From Glaucostegus cemiculus (taxonomy: Eukaryota), in contig CDPCPM010000370.1 of the NCBI GenBank assembly GCA_976551045.1, forward strand, positions 1,984,001-2,048,000: a DNA stretch of 64,000 nucleotides, in the 5' to 3' direction. The notes beneath the pieces are model-generated. The model was given only the letters and a program-made list of their open reading frames with translations, searched no databases and was not told where the DNA came from. This document shows positions 1-13,083 of this stretch, one piece after another. The translations under genes and the position numbers were made by a program. Each line of letters opens with the position of its first letter. The stretch's first letter is position 1.

Positions 1-2970
1 AACCTAAAGTGCTGCTGAATAAGGTGCCTGTGAGCCTCCGACCAGAACTGCAGGGAGTAAATTGAAGGTTATCCCAGAGTGCTGCTGGTGAAGGGGAATG
101 ACTATTTGAATCATTGAGACCGTGGCATGACGATATATTTCCAATCAGGATCTTGCGTGACAGGAAGGTGACGGTTCCGTGCGCCTATAGCATCCACCCT
201 ACTTGGCGGCAAAGATCTTGTCTTTGAGGCAATCTCTCGGCGCAGCCAATGCGTGTTACCGCAGAGAGACAATGATCTTCTGAGCAGCCAGAAATATTGC
301 GCCCTCTGCTGAAGTGGATGCAGAAATATCATAGCCCCGTGGATTCAACCGGCAACACAGCTCCAAGAACGATTAATGTTCCTCGGTGGCTCTATACCCG
401 AGCAGTTTACGGGAGCTGCAAGGGTGACACCGACGCGGATAAGATGGAACATCCTGGAAACTGAATTGGACAAAGTGCACAGCGAATCCCATTTCGAGAT
501 GAAGCAGGATGAACGGTGATTAAATGCAGAGAAATATTGGACAAACGGCTCCTGCTCACCAAATAGGTGACTGGGAAAAAATATCCAGAAGAATCAGAGT
601 CAAGTGAAAGTATTGTTCAACATGAGAAATCACTGTGCTGACGGAAAAGAACGTCTCTTTAATTCCACAGCCTGCTATCACACGCTGCCGTCAGCCCTCC
701 GCAGTATTCCGCGAAAATCCACAAAAACACAATCATTGACACATGTTCAAGGGCGGCGGAGCGGGGCCGCTATCCAGTTAATGTGAGCGCAGTGGAAACA
801 GGTGGTTCGAGAGCGATCGGAGCTCCTGGGTATGCCAGTCAACGGATGTCACCAAGCAACGCATGCGCATTTGTGAACAAACCCCGGGCCCCGATATGCA
901 TCACCCCATTCAGTGACTTTTGTTCCTATGGGAGTACTTATGTCCCCCGGTTACACAAACCAGGCATAGATTTCCGGCACTTTCTGAATGAATCGTCATG
1001 GTCGGTTGGTGGTCGATGCGAATTCAGTGGGCCGATTACTTCCTTACGTGCTTTTTCTCTTCATGACCCCCATCGGCCGAGCGACAACACTTGGACCACG
1101 GTGACGACAAAGATTTCTGCGATTCGGCTGCATACCATGCAAGGTTCTCTGCAGCTCAAAACAATCATACACCCTGACCCACTTGACAACGGAAACAGAT
1201 GCCGAGAGTATGTGTCCTCTCGTTGTGAGGTGAGTCAAGAATGGGTTCAGAATAACGATTCGTCCGTTCAAAGTAGGGGTGAGAACGATTTTCCTCTCCC
1301 CAGAGCCGCGAATCTTTGGAACTATCCACACCAGAGCGCTGTGGAGCCGTAGTCACTGATTGCGACAGGTAGCTGTTTGACACAAAGAGCCTGCACATTA
1401 TCGTTGCAGCTTTTTGTTTGACTGTAAATTTGAACACTGTGTCCAGTGCACCAGAATCCAAATCACTGGTGAAAATTCATGAAAACAGTTGTGGAGCTAC
1501 GATCGACCCCTGAAGGATACGTGGGAATAGATGCTTGCAGTCCGAAAGACGATCGGTCTCCTCTCTCGATCAACCCCTCAGCCAATTTAGCGTCCGTCCT
1601 CCCGCTTCCCTGTCCACCCAATGAGACTTAGATTTGCAACTCTTTCCATTTTATCAGACATATTTCAGAAGTCACTGGCCAAACAGCATCCTGACCAAAT
1701 GTCTCATGCACTGAGACCTTAACCTCTTGTTGCATATCTTGTATTCATTCAAGTTAATCAAATTTCTGAAAGCAACTTTAACTGAGGTGTTTATCTCGAC
1801 AGTACCTTCTGTTAGATTAATTAACAAGGGCGCGAGAAACAAAATGTTAGTTAATTTATTCAGAATTATGCAACATACAACTCTGATGCTCGGTGCTAAT
1901 TGTGGTTCCAGAGAGACTGTAATGCAGTATAAGTGGCACTGATTTCAGAGACTCCAACACATGAGCAGACTGTTCTCGCGGAAGATGCACGCGCCCGGGA
2001 ATGGACCAGTCTTTGCCATTATTCGGCTCTCGCTTCTTTTGGTGTTCCAGGAAAAGTTTAACGGTAGCTGACGGCCGTTGTAATGCTTCATGTTCATAAT
2101 TTCGTTAATTCGCTTTTTAGCTGCCTCACTGCGCAATGACTGCTGTGCCTCAGCTCACACTCCTTGTCCTTTGTGATCTGTTTAACAAGTAACAATTTAA
2201 TCAGAACTTAACACAAACGAACCATTGACAAAATCATTCTCTTTTTATCATTGTTACAACATTGTTTCTTCCAGTTAATTCAAAACTTTCCACTACGGGT
2301 CGTCGCTCCGAACTGATTTCTAAATTATACTTTACCTGTTTGCAAATCCATGGAATGATCACACTTATTTCCTCTCGATCCACTCTCCACAGTTCATTTC
2401 ACACCAAACGACGGTATTTGGCAAATAATTTGCTTCACGTTCTGCTACAGCAACGATCATGTCACTGTAATGAACACAGGGTCTCTCGAGATAAACTATT
2501 AATCCAGTATTATTTTCGCGGTCAGGTTTTGTTTCTGTTTATCTCTGAAGTGAAGCTCTCTGCGATCTGTTTACACCATTCGTTCCTGATTTTTTTTTAA
2601 AAAGTGTTTTTTTTTGGCATTGATATCAAACATATTAACTAATTGCTCTACAAAACAATAGATGTGTAGAAATGAAAAATAGGAGCTATCAATACGACTT
2701 CACATTCCATATGTGCATCCGCTTCCAATTTCACAGAAGTTTCCGAATTATAGCTTGGTATAGTCATTATACATTTCTGTTGATTTTTTCTGTCGGGTGC
2801 TGCTGCCGTTGATCTCCTGCGATGAATAATTATCACGATAATGTATTGCAAATTTTCTGCTCATTAATTAATAAAGATCGTGGACGGAGTTGACAATAAA
2901 TGCCTCCATCTTCCAGCTGCTGACAGAGAATCAGCAGTCATTCATCCCTGCCCTCATCTCCACCGATAAT

Positions 2971-4640
2971 ATGCGACCTGAACAAGCATTCAGATGTCTA
3001 TCTAGGGCCATTGCCTGCGTCGCCATTCCTTGTATTTAGTGCGTATTGTACCATCCGTCGTGTTTCTGACGATTTGATGCACTGACGGTTCCCTTCTTCT
3101 TAGGCAGAGACACTCCAAAAATATCGTGCATCCTGAACTTTCTTTCCCTGTGGAAAACAACACGCCTCCCAGAAACAATGCCGAGAAATTTCAGAGAGAT
3201 CTTCAATTTTCTCCGCTCTATAATTCGATAAATCCTCTATTATGAGTGTCACTGAACCCTCTCATCTCCTGCGACATGTTTCCCTTTTCAGGGTATTCAC
3301 AGTGTCAATAGCATTTATTCACGTCTTCTTGTTGTCTGCTGAGCTCCACAATAATTACATTGAATCATTTATCCGTTCTTTAATGTTATTTTTGGGTTTC
3401 AATGTTAATATTGATCTTGCTCACATTCCACTTATTGCATTCTAAATTTTATCTTGCCTCACCAATTGAACAGTATCATTTGTCAGTTTGATCTGGTACT
3501 GGACTTGTCGTGATCTGCGAAGATCACTAAGCCAGAAAAGTAGCAAATAGTTTTGTATTATGTGATACGCATTCACTTGTACAAATGTTTCGAAACGTAA
3601 ACGAAACTACAGCATTACTCCGAATCAAGGGGAGGATGCAAATGTGTCTGCTCTGCCTCGTGAAACTGTCGGTGAAACGGTCAGACTGATTATCAGTTAC
3701 CTGGTCTCTCCCTTTCTGTTACAGCGAACTTCGTGACGATTGTGATCCTGTCGAAAGGAAAATGCGGTCTGTCGAAATGTATCAGTCGTTATCTGGTGTT
3801 CATGGCAGTGACGGACTTCCTAGTCATTATCACCGCTGTGATATTAAGCCGACTGCGGGCTATATATTTTCCCGTGAATTTCCTGTCCACAATACCGGCC
3901 TGCAACCTCATTATTCTCCTCAGCTGAGCATCTAAGGACACGTCTGTCTGGTTAACGGTAGCGTTCACCTTCGATCGGTTCATCGCCATTTGCTTCCAGA
4001 GACTGAAACTCAGATAGTGCAACGAGAACATCGCAGCCTCTGTTATTGGAACAGTCTGCATGCTCGGCTGTTTGAAAAACGTCCCTTCTTACTTTATTTA
4101 CAAACCTGTGTATGTCATTGATAATGTGTTCTGGTTCTACACGATCAAAGAATTGTACTATTCTTCTGTTGCATGGAAAATTTACGACTGGCTGCACCGG
4201 ATGTTAAATCCATGCGTCCCGTTCATATTGATATTATTGCTCAATGCTATGACGGTCAGGCACATCCTAGCGGCCAATGCAGCCCGTAGGAGGCTCCGGG
4301 CCCACAACAATTCGGAAAAACAGAGTGAGTCACAGATGGAGAGCAGGAGAAATTCAATCATTTTACTAATGGCGATCTCGGGTAGTTTCTCCTGCTGCGG
4401 TTGACGTATGATGTCAATTTTCTATTTCTCCAAGTTACAAGCAATAACTATGCCAGCGCATCCAATTCCACTGACCCAAAGTTTATCCTTCAAGAAAGGG
4501 GATACATGCTGGAGCTTCTCAGTTCCTGCACCAACTCGTACATTTACGCAGGGACACAGACCAAATTCAGAGAGCAGTTGAAGGTCGCGATTAAATCCCC
4601 CTTCAAACTATTTTTCAAATGGTTCAAAGCTTTAGTGTGA
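2971..4640 (+). pseudogene. GPR139-like class A GPCR pseudogene. Main exon 3725-4640; possible degenerate exon 1 at 2971-3031.
   Basis: After the acceptor ttacag the frame reads ANFVTIVILSKGKCGLSKCISRYLVFMAVTDFL, then WLTVAFTFDRFIAIC, LNPCVPFILILLLNAMTVRHIL and LLSSCTNSYIYAGTQTKFRE. It is broken by TGA at 3925, TAG at 4015 and a frameshift near 4395. Exon 1 (MRPEQAFRCLSRAIACVAIP|gt) is tentative. Confidence 0.85.
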
Positions 4641-5469
4641 CCGTAATGTCCGTTTCATATCCAAATACCAGGAAGGAAGAATAACACATTGACTCTACAT
4701 TGGAAATGTGTGAGGATGAAAATATATATTTAATGGTCAGTTGCAGCGTTACTGCGAGTTGTCGCTGAGTCTGCCCCGCTGAACCTTTGTGGATATATGC
4801 ATGCGACGGTCAAGAGAATTTAAATCTGGCAATAGAATTTGCAAAATAAAACATTATAAATCAAACACACTTTACGCGTATTCTTTGGATTTCAGTGTTG
4901 TTGATGAAGGAATCATCTGTTTCCCATTGTTAATGGTCTCTGGACTGGCTGTGTTGATTATTCACTTCACTGGGGAATTAAATATCCGCCTGCTTCTTTG
5001 TGTCTTGTCTTACACATAATAGGAACGAGACATGGTAGTTGACTCCCTTAACCAGAAGATTCTATTGACACATTTTCGTGCAGAAATGCAGCCAACTGTT
5101 GCCTGGAGAAATACGGGTGTCCACCGCCCTTTGGCGCCTGGGAGCAGGATCCCGAATTCTTCACCTTCAATGCCCTGTTGGACGGATGTTGGCACAGATC
5201 ATCCCCGGAACTTCTGCGCGGCCCAGTGGATGCGACAGGGGTTCCAGGTAGGTTTTGTGTCTGATACATCAGCACGACCTTCCTTTGCAGTGCTACAGCG
5301 GCGGAAACTGCATAACAAAATAATTGCAGAGCTGGGCTGGTGCTTTGTTGGTGAAATTCGGAGAAGCACAGTGCTGAGTTTACCACGGCAATAGACAGTA
5401 ATAACTGAAGTAAAAGGAGAAAATGGTGGAAAGATGCTACATACCAGCAACAATAGAAAATCACCGAGT

Positions 5470-5700
5470 CATGTATAAGTGTTAGAAACTATTTTGTTAG
5501 TAACTACTTATAAGAAAAAAAAAGGAAATATGTTAGAATGTTAAAAGTAAAAATGTTAGATATCAGACATTAACCCAAAAAGAAAAACTCGAAGTGTGTG
5601 TGTGTGGCAAATTCCCAAACTCCACGTTCAGAAATACTCAAAGTTCAGTTCAGGAAGCTATGAGGTGAAACGTGAGCAAAGGCGTTCATGGCATTAATGC
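5470..5700. repeat. Dispersed repeat, LTR-like; partial copy
   Basis: Clearly homologous to 16090-16280 (gtataagtgttagaaactattttgttagtaactactta ... aaactcgaagtgtgtgtgtgg ... tgaggtgaaacg). Confidence 0.6.
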
Positions 5701-8270
5701 TTAACCCAGCAATTAACCGTAGAACGGTGAGTGAGTCATCTATAACAAGTAAACCATGCAGATGTACTGGATAACGAGCATTCTTTTCAGAAAACTAACC
5801 ACTTCATCTTCCTCCATAAAGGGAACATGAAGTGGCGGGATATTCTACAAGAAAATATGTCGATGAGCAGGTAATGTGGGAGGAACATGTGTTGAACGTC
5901 CAATCACTTGCAAGCACTCGACTATCCAATAAGCACGAGTCTCTGACGCCATGTATTGTGGCATCAGCAGCGATGCATGACCCTGTGACTGTGTCAAGAA
6001 CTCAGGCATTTCATTGCAAACAAGAAGTTTGTGTTGTATACACTGGGCTGCGTTTGAGTGGCTGTCTGTTGGAAAAGGAGGCGCTCCAGCATTTTCAAAG
6101 AGAAGTCTGGAAAATGCAAGGAAGCGGGGAAGAATCAACATTATTTATGAGAATTATTTCCACACGCGGAAATTATCAATTACAACATTTGATGACTTAA
6201 GGGCGTAAGTTTCCATTATTTGTATAATTCCATTGAATTAATCAGTTGGAGAAGATTGAAATTTATCTTCAACAGATTTCTACATCTTTTGGTTACCTCA
6301 GGTAAATATTCTGTTGTAAATTCTGGTGCACATTAACCAAAGTAAATACACTGTTGGAACTTTCATACTGGGCAGTTGAATGGTGATGTCGTAAGTTCGT
6401 CAGTACTCATTAAGACAAACAGTTTTAGCTCATTTTTAGTTTGTGTAATGTTTTCTTTGCTGTTGCCATTCTCAAAAATCAAGACATCTCTTCAGAAAGC
6501 TCTGGTAAATTCCGTTTCTGGATTGCTTGCATGATTTGCTGTTTCTCTTTCAATTTCATGAAACCATCGCAACACCTCTATTTATATCAGAAGCACAATG
6601 GATCGGGTCACCCTCTACTGGCTTCGACGCCATTAGTCAATAGAATATACATATCACTGTCAGCTGTAAATCGAACATGTTCCAGTTTTTATTGTTATCA
6701 ATCCCAGGCTCCTGCTTTTCAAGAGGAAATAAATGTCACCATAATTACTAACCAGGACCAAGACTCGGATAAGATTTCCTTTCGCAGTGCTTCTCTACTT
6801 TCGGTGTGGTTAGCATTTCACTGCGACTACATAAGGAATGTTTTAGTTCTGTTTTGCCATTAGCCCAGAGATCGGGTTGAAGGACGTTTTTTATACAGAG
6901 AAAGACACGCCACAATATACACTGCACCAGACGGCATTTCAATTGCATACACTGAAACAACACAGAGATTACCTTGCCTTATACCCAGTCTCATTTGTAC
7001 CGCTGTTGCCAATTCAATGTTGAACACGATTAAACCCGACCTGTTATGAAATTGCGGATACTTATACACCATTATTAATCGCGATTAGTTCAAAGAGATC
7101 AAAGATTAACTGCATAGTAGAAATGAGACTCATTAGGCCTACAGTTATTTAATTATTTTAGTTTGCAATTAATTCGTTTGCTTTCACAATTACCAAACCA
7201 CTTAATTGAAACTTTTTTTGCGGATTTGATGTGGCGCGTTCTGCTCGGAGTCAGAGACGAGGACACATTTTACAGTTATTGGTTTCCGGAGTTATTTCTG
7301 CCCGTCTTCTCACCGCACAGCATTTTACTCATTTATTTTCATACCTCTCAGACATTGTGTCGATTTCGCGGGTAAAACTCAACTCTTTTCCCTTATATGT
7401 TCGTGTTTCTTTAAATTCCTTCAAATTTCTGCAGGCTTCCAAAATCGCCTTATCCACCGGATCCGCAATGATGAAGTACAGGATTCGGCAAATTACCAGA
7501 CTCATCCTCATGCATATTGTTACAAAGTGTTTTAGCGCCTTATCTTATCTGTGATCAGGGTAAGTAAAATTTTCTCAGTGCTGTGAAGCGGTCTGAACCG
7601 GGAAATAAAACCGATTCAGGTCTGCTCCCCCACGATGAACTAACCAGATGTGCAAACGTCAGCATGACGCCACTTCGCAGACTTGTGCTTTATGCTGATC
7701 ATGTCTGTTTGTTTCTAATTCTTTTATTTTGACACATTCTCTAAACACTCTTTAAATAATGTACTTCAACACAGGACCACGCTTTGTTCATGATAACAAG
7801 GATTGCCGCAATTATTACTGCAGTACATGCTGTCTCAGAAGCAATTACCCTGGTGTACTGCAAATATTGCGAAATGCGTCCCTCCTGTACAAGCACAAAC
7901 TCCTCACTTCGTGTGTTTAGTGGATCTGCGGACATGCAACCAGTTTGCATGCCGCGTGGATAGAAAATTGAAGGTTAATATGAATGAAGCATGTGTGGGA
8001 GCTGTGATATGATTGAATCAGGTAACTGCGATGTCCAGATGAACCCTATTTTATGAGAGATGTTTGTATGGGAATAACGTGGTGAAACTTGAAACAATTT
8101 CCACAGATGTGTATTTAAGATTTTTATTCACTGTTCATGTAAACGGCTGCTGATGGTTTGCTCTGAGGTTCCTTTTGTTTCCTCTCAAAGTGCGCTACTC
8201 ATTGCTGTGGCACCTGGCGATTCCTCACACAACCAACAACAGGCAAGAGTTCAGCGCCACAGGCACAGAC

Positions 8271-8309
8271 AGTTTTTGTAGTGGTAAGACGTTTCATTGA
8301 ATGACTGTG
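8271..8309 (-). other. 23-bp RSS of the V at 8310-8619
   Basis: CACAGTC + 23 nt + ACAAAAACT. Confidence 0.9.
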
Positions 8310-8619
8310 CCTTTAAGAGCGCAATAATACAGAGAAGAGTAGGTCAGCTGCAACCCTGAGATCGTTAAGCTGAATGTTTTTGCCCTGGTGTTGAGCTCTG
8401 AAAAGAAGCGGGTTGCAAATCCTTCTGCTCTCTGTTCTTCTGTGTCCCAAGACTTCCTTCGCAGAATAAACTCAGGCACTTTATTTGTTTGTTTTCTGTA
8501 CCAGTACAATGAATATGTGGTTACTGTCGTGTTGTAGTTACAAGTCATGGGTATATCTTCGTCTTCATTCCTTCTCTCTGAAGATTGGGGCTGGGAAACA
8601 TAATCCGTACCAGTCAGAC
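8310..8619 (-). CDS. TCR alpha/delta V exon, family A copy 1. The V exon is open but its own leader is decayed.
   Basis: Acceptor cag, then GLTGTDYVSQPQSSERRNEDEDIPMTCNYNTTVTTYSLYWYRKQ...LTISGLQLTYSSLYYCALKG with both Cys and the Trp present. The adjacent leader near 8835-8886 has stop codons and a GC in place of the GT donor. Confidence 0.85.
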
Positions 8620-9155
8620 CTGCGACACGGGTACAGGAATCATAAACAGACCATTAATTAAAATTGACATTTAAATACTGTTTTGACCCGTGAAGTTGGA
8701 ACAAGTGCCACTCCAGAGAACAGTCCGCGGGCGATGAAATTTATGTAAGCAAACATCAATTAAAGTTGTGGGAAATATTGTTTTATTAAATTTCTGTCCA
8801 GTTGCACATGACGTTATTTGGGATCACATTTTGCCGGAGGAGAAACAGTGCTGTCAGATCTAAAAAATATGGGTAGACTGTGCCATCGATGGAAGCCACC
8901 ATATCCATGACTTTTAGGTCATTGGAGCCCATGCACGCATTCGCTCGGTATTATACGGGAGACCAGTGGAGCGGGAAGTGGGAAATGCCTTGCTCTGGTT
9001 GGTCCACAGAATTAGAGTTAGTCTAAACGAGGGTAAGCATTCGAAGACAACTGCAGCGCTGAGGCCTCCCATGACCGCTGACGAACGAATAAAACGTGCC
9101 TTAGGTCACTGTGGAGTACAATTTATTATGCCATGTTTGATTGAGAGATACTCAC

Positions 9156-9201
9156 GAAGGAAACATATCAAAAGAGTGAAAGCAAGCAGAATTCCCATCA
9201 T
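9156..9201 (-). other. Orphan leader exon of NAR-TCR V type (MMGILLAFTLLICFL)
   Basis: ATG...CTT C|gtgagt, phase 1. Homologous to the leader at 25778-25820 and its upstream ~150 bp. Confidence 0.75.
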
Positions 9202-9954
9202 TTCGTCCCGGGAGCGGAAGTTTTGTGTGAAGCGGAGATGGGGGTTGTAGATCTGGTCTGGGAGACTGTTCCTCAGAAATGGACTGAAGTGCCTTCAATG
9301 GTCCGGTTTCCTTGGGCAGGGCTGTGTCACTGAGATGACTGTCTGCGTGATGTGTGAATAAATGACGGGGATGTAGTGGGAACTTCAATTTTATGACTGT
9401 CTTGTGGGCATTGAATAGATTGTGACAGCCTCTCCCACATTAAAGTGATGCAGTAACTGTGATGGTCGCAGGGATGACGGAGTTGTTCTGTCAGATGGAT
9501 ATTACGTAAGTATGATTGGAGCGATATTTAAATGCCGAGTATGATGTTGATAAAATTTGGCATCCTGAAACGTCAGGAGATCCGGGAACAGACAGATAAC
9601 TGGAGACAAAACAAGAGATTTGTAACTTATTATTGGACGTTACAGGGATCACTGTCGTCGAATTATTTCGTTCACTTTAATCTTGAATCTTCTCAACGTT
9701 ATCTTCTGCTGGAAATTTACACTGGACACGTAGCAATGGCCAGCAACACAACGTTGTTCTGAAGGAATGCGATTTTCATCGTGCATCCCGGGGTTTCAGC
9801 AATAAAATCCTTGGACTTGAAGCGATAATTATCTCGCTGATACTTTGCTACGTTCCTATCTGCATTCATACCCAATAGATCGATATTGCCAGTGCATGAA
9901 TCGTTGTTACAAATTGCCGGCAACGGCCAACGTCTGTTTCTTCGAGACGGTAGT

Positions 9955-10255
9955 CAGTATTGTGTGAGAATTTAAATCGTTCCCATCACTGTGAGGTGCT
10001 GCACAGCAATACATCGCCTTGTCAGAGAGCCGCAGCGCCAGGATGATCAATCAATGCTCCCTCTTTGGCTACTGAACCACATCAACACCCCGTCCTTCAC
10101 AGAATCTGCCTAAAGTTCGTTTTCTCTGTTTTTGTCTCTCCGGTCGACAAACTCGGCCCGTCCGTCTGAGGACTGGTTCTATCAGAATAATTAAACAATC
10201 AGTAATGGCGGTGCAGAATAAAGTGACGAGCTACTGCACAGTCCGTGTGAGGGGT
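9955..10255 (-). pseudogene. TCR V pseudogene, family B, 5'-truncated, with RSS
   Basis: Paralogous to the V at 13084-13385. Ends ...LRLSDKAMYCCAAP, then CACAGTG (9987-9993) + 23 nt + degenerate nonamer. Carries stops and indels. Confidence 0.75.
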
Positions 10256-11574
10256 AATTTCTAAATCTTTTGGTTGCACAAAGCAAATATTCTGTTGTAA
10301 ATCTCGGTGCTCGTTAACTCAAGTAAATATCCTCTTGTAATTATCCCTGCAACGTTAATGCAGGGTGGAAGCCAGTTAAATAGTGACTTCGTAATGCAGA
10401 CAGTACTCATTAAAACAATCACTATTGCCCTTTATATGTTTTGTGGTATTTTCATTGCTGTCGTCATTCTCAAAAATCAGAACATCTCTTCAGTGAACTC
10501 TGGCAATTTTCTCAATTCGAACGTTTGCAGGTATTGTTATTTCTCATTCAGTTTTACAAAACCATGGTAACAACTCTTGCAGCTGTTTCAATTTATATCA
10601 GAAGAACAACGGACCGGGTCAATATTTATTAACTTTTACACCATTATTCAAGATAATACCAGCATCAGAATTTTCTGTGCATCAGACATGTCCCAGGTTT
10701 TATTGTTCCGAAGTCACAGGTGCCTGATTCTCAAGAGAAAATAAATTTCAGCGAAATTGATACCCAGGACCAAGACCCGGACAGAGTTTCCATCGCAGTG
10801 CTTCTCTTTATTCGGAATGCTTTCCTTAGTACCTCTTAATTTCAAGTGACCTGCAAAATCGCCTTGTCCACCTGATTCCTAATTACTAAAGTTTAGGATT
10901 CGACAATTTACCTGACTCACTCTGGTGACTATTATCACAAAATGTGTGTGCACCTTAACTATGCTCAGGGATGGGAGCGTGTTCTCAGTGCAGTGCTCTC
11001 ACCTAAGCCGATAAATAAAAAAAAAGATTCAGAACTTCTCCCACACTGAAACTGACAAGCTGTGCAAATCTCCGCCTGACACCCCTTCACAGAGTTCTGC
11101 TTTGTGTTGATCAGGTTTGTTCGTTTCCAATCCTTTTATTTTAATGCATTATATTTCTCCAAGCGACCTATGTCATCATGGGACCATGTTATCCTTGATG
11201 TCAACAAGGATTGCCTCGATTATTACTGCAATACATAATGTCTCAGGTGCAATTACTCCGGTGCACTGCATATATTGCACTATATGCCCCTCCTGTACTC
11301 ACGCGCACACCCTCCACCACGTATGTTTAATGGAGCTGTGGACATGCAATTGGTTTGGAAGGCGTGTGGTGAGAAAATTGAAAGCTAATATGAATGAAAC
11401 GTCTCCGCGTGTCTGGGGCCAGGGATCTGATTGAACGCAGAAGCTTACTCTCGGCTGTTACCTGCAAAGTCCAATTGATGCCTTATATTGTTCGTTGATT
11501 TTGCGTCGGAAGAACGTGGAGCATCATAAATACAGATGTGTATTTATGATTTTTATTCACTGTTCACGTAAACG

Positions 11575-11850
11575 TACGATAGCACAGCGGTTAGCGCGAC
11601 GCTGTTACAGCGCCAGCGATCGGGGTTCGATTCCCATTGCTGACTGTAAGGAGTTTGTACGTTCTCCCGTGTCTGCATGGGTTTCCTCTGGGTGCTCCGG
11701 TTACCTCCCACATTCTAAAAGACATACGGGTAGGTTAATCTGGGGATTTGGAATGGGCGGCGCGGACTCGTTGGGCCGAAAGGGCCTGTTACCACGCTGT
11801 AAATTAAATTTAATTTCAAAGCAGTAATTGAATTTATTTTTTTAAAATAC
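11575..11850 (+). mobile_element. tRNA-derived SINE (V-SINE/HE1-like)
   Basis: tRNA-like head with B box GGTTCGATTCC, core gtttcctctgggtgctccggttacctcccaca, LINE-like tail ttgggccgaaagggcctg and an AT-rich end. Absent at the equivalent site (~8145) of duplication unit 1. Confidence 0.85.
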
Positions 11851-11976
11851 GGCTGCTGATGGTTTGCTCTGAGGTTCCCCTTGTTTCCTGTCAATGCGTG
11901 CTACGCATTGCAGTGGCAGCTGGCGATTCCTCACACAGCCCGCAACAGTCAGCACCACGGCGCCACAGACACAGGC

Positions 11977-12325
11977 AGTTTTTGCACAGGGAAGCCGCTG
12001 AATTTAATAACTGTGCCTGCAAGAGCACAATAATACAAAGAAGAGCCAGTCAGCTGCCACCCGGAGATCGTTAACCTGAATGTTATAATCATGGCGTTGA
12101 TCTGCGAAAAGAAGAGGGCTCTAATACCCTCTTCTTCCTGTTCTTCTCTGTCCCAAGACTTCTTTGTCGCAATAAAATCAGGCATTTGCTTTGGTTGTTT
12201 TCTGTACCAGTAGGAGGAATACGTGTAACTGTCGTTCTGCAGCTCTAGGTAATGGTCGGTCTTCCACCTTCGTTCCTTCTTTCTGAGGATTGGGGCTGAG
12301 AAATACAAATCCGCAGCAGTCAGAC
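11977..12325 (-). pseudogene. TCR alpha/delta V pseudogene, family A copy 2, with 23-RSS
   Basis: YWYRKQPKQMPDFI...LTISGWQLTGSSLYYCALAG. The acceptor AG is mutated to GG and FR1 frameshifts remove the first Cys. RSS is CACAGTT-23-GCAAAAACT (11977-12015). Confidence 0.85.
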
Positions 12326-13083
12326 CCGCGTCACGGATACCGAAATCAGAAACAGACCACTGATTAAAAATAAAAGTTAAATAATGTTTTGACCCATAAC
12401 ATTTAACTAATTTTTTTTTCCCGTGAAAGTGAACCAACTGCCACTGGAGAAGACTGGCACTTTTCGCGGCGGTGAGATTTGTGTAATCAAAAATCAATTG
12501 AAGATGTGGGAAATAAATGCTTTTCTTTTCTGCCCAGTTTCACATGACGGTCTTTGGGATCACACTGTGCCTCAGGAGAAACAGAGCCGTCAGATCTGCA
12601 GAATATGGGCAGACGATGCCAGCGGTGGAAGCCACCATATCCCTGTCTTTCAGTCCAGTTGAGCCGATGCATGCTTTGGGTCAAAGTTGCATAACAAGAG
12701 GACAACGGAACGGTAAGTGGGAAAGGTGTTGCTCTGGTTGGTCTATAGAATTATGGTTGCCCTCAACGAGGTAAATATCCGAAGGCACCTCAACGAAACA
12801 TGAAGTGACAATGAACCCAAAACAATCAGATAGCACAGTAATTATAAATTCGTTATTAATTAATAACAATTACACGGAGATATTGACTCTCTTGGTGGGA
12901 CAGTTCCAGGTGCATTTAAACCACTCATTATCTTCAGAAGAGCAGTTCCTACAACGCTCAGTGATTACGTTCACCTATCAGCGTCCGAGCCGTTGTTGGA
13001 AACAGCAAGTATCAGACTGCACCTGTGTCCCAGAAACCTGCGGCAGTTATTGTATGACGATTTAGGCAGTTAACATCACTGTG

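Larger units (their letters stand above)
6280..10255. repeat. Tandem segmental duplication, unit 1 (carries V family A and V family B)
   Basis: Collinear with 10260-13400; for example 6280 ctacatcttttggttacctcaggtaaatattctgttgtaaa matches 10261 ctaaatcttttggttgcacaaagcaaatattctgttgtaaa. Boundaries are approximate. Confidence 0.8.

Noticed and set aside
783-1352. 189-aa ORF in a GC-richer stretch
   Set aside because: No motif I can recognise; possibly a decayed retroelement, but unassignable without a search.
7500-8030. Possible ancient + strand leader/V relic (gtaagt donor at 7560), duplicated near 10930-11430
   Set aside because: No convincing Cys-Trp-Cys frame or RSS; the similarity is explained by the segmental duplication.
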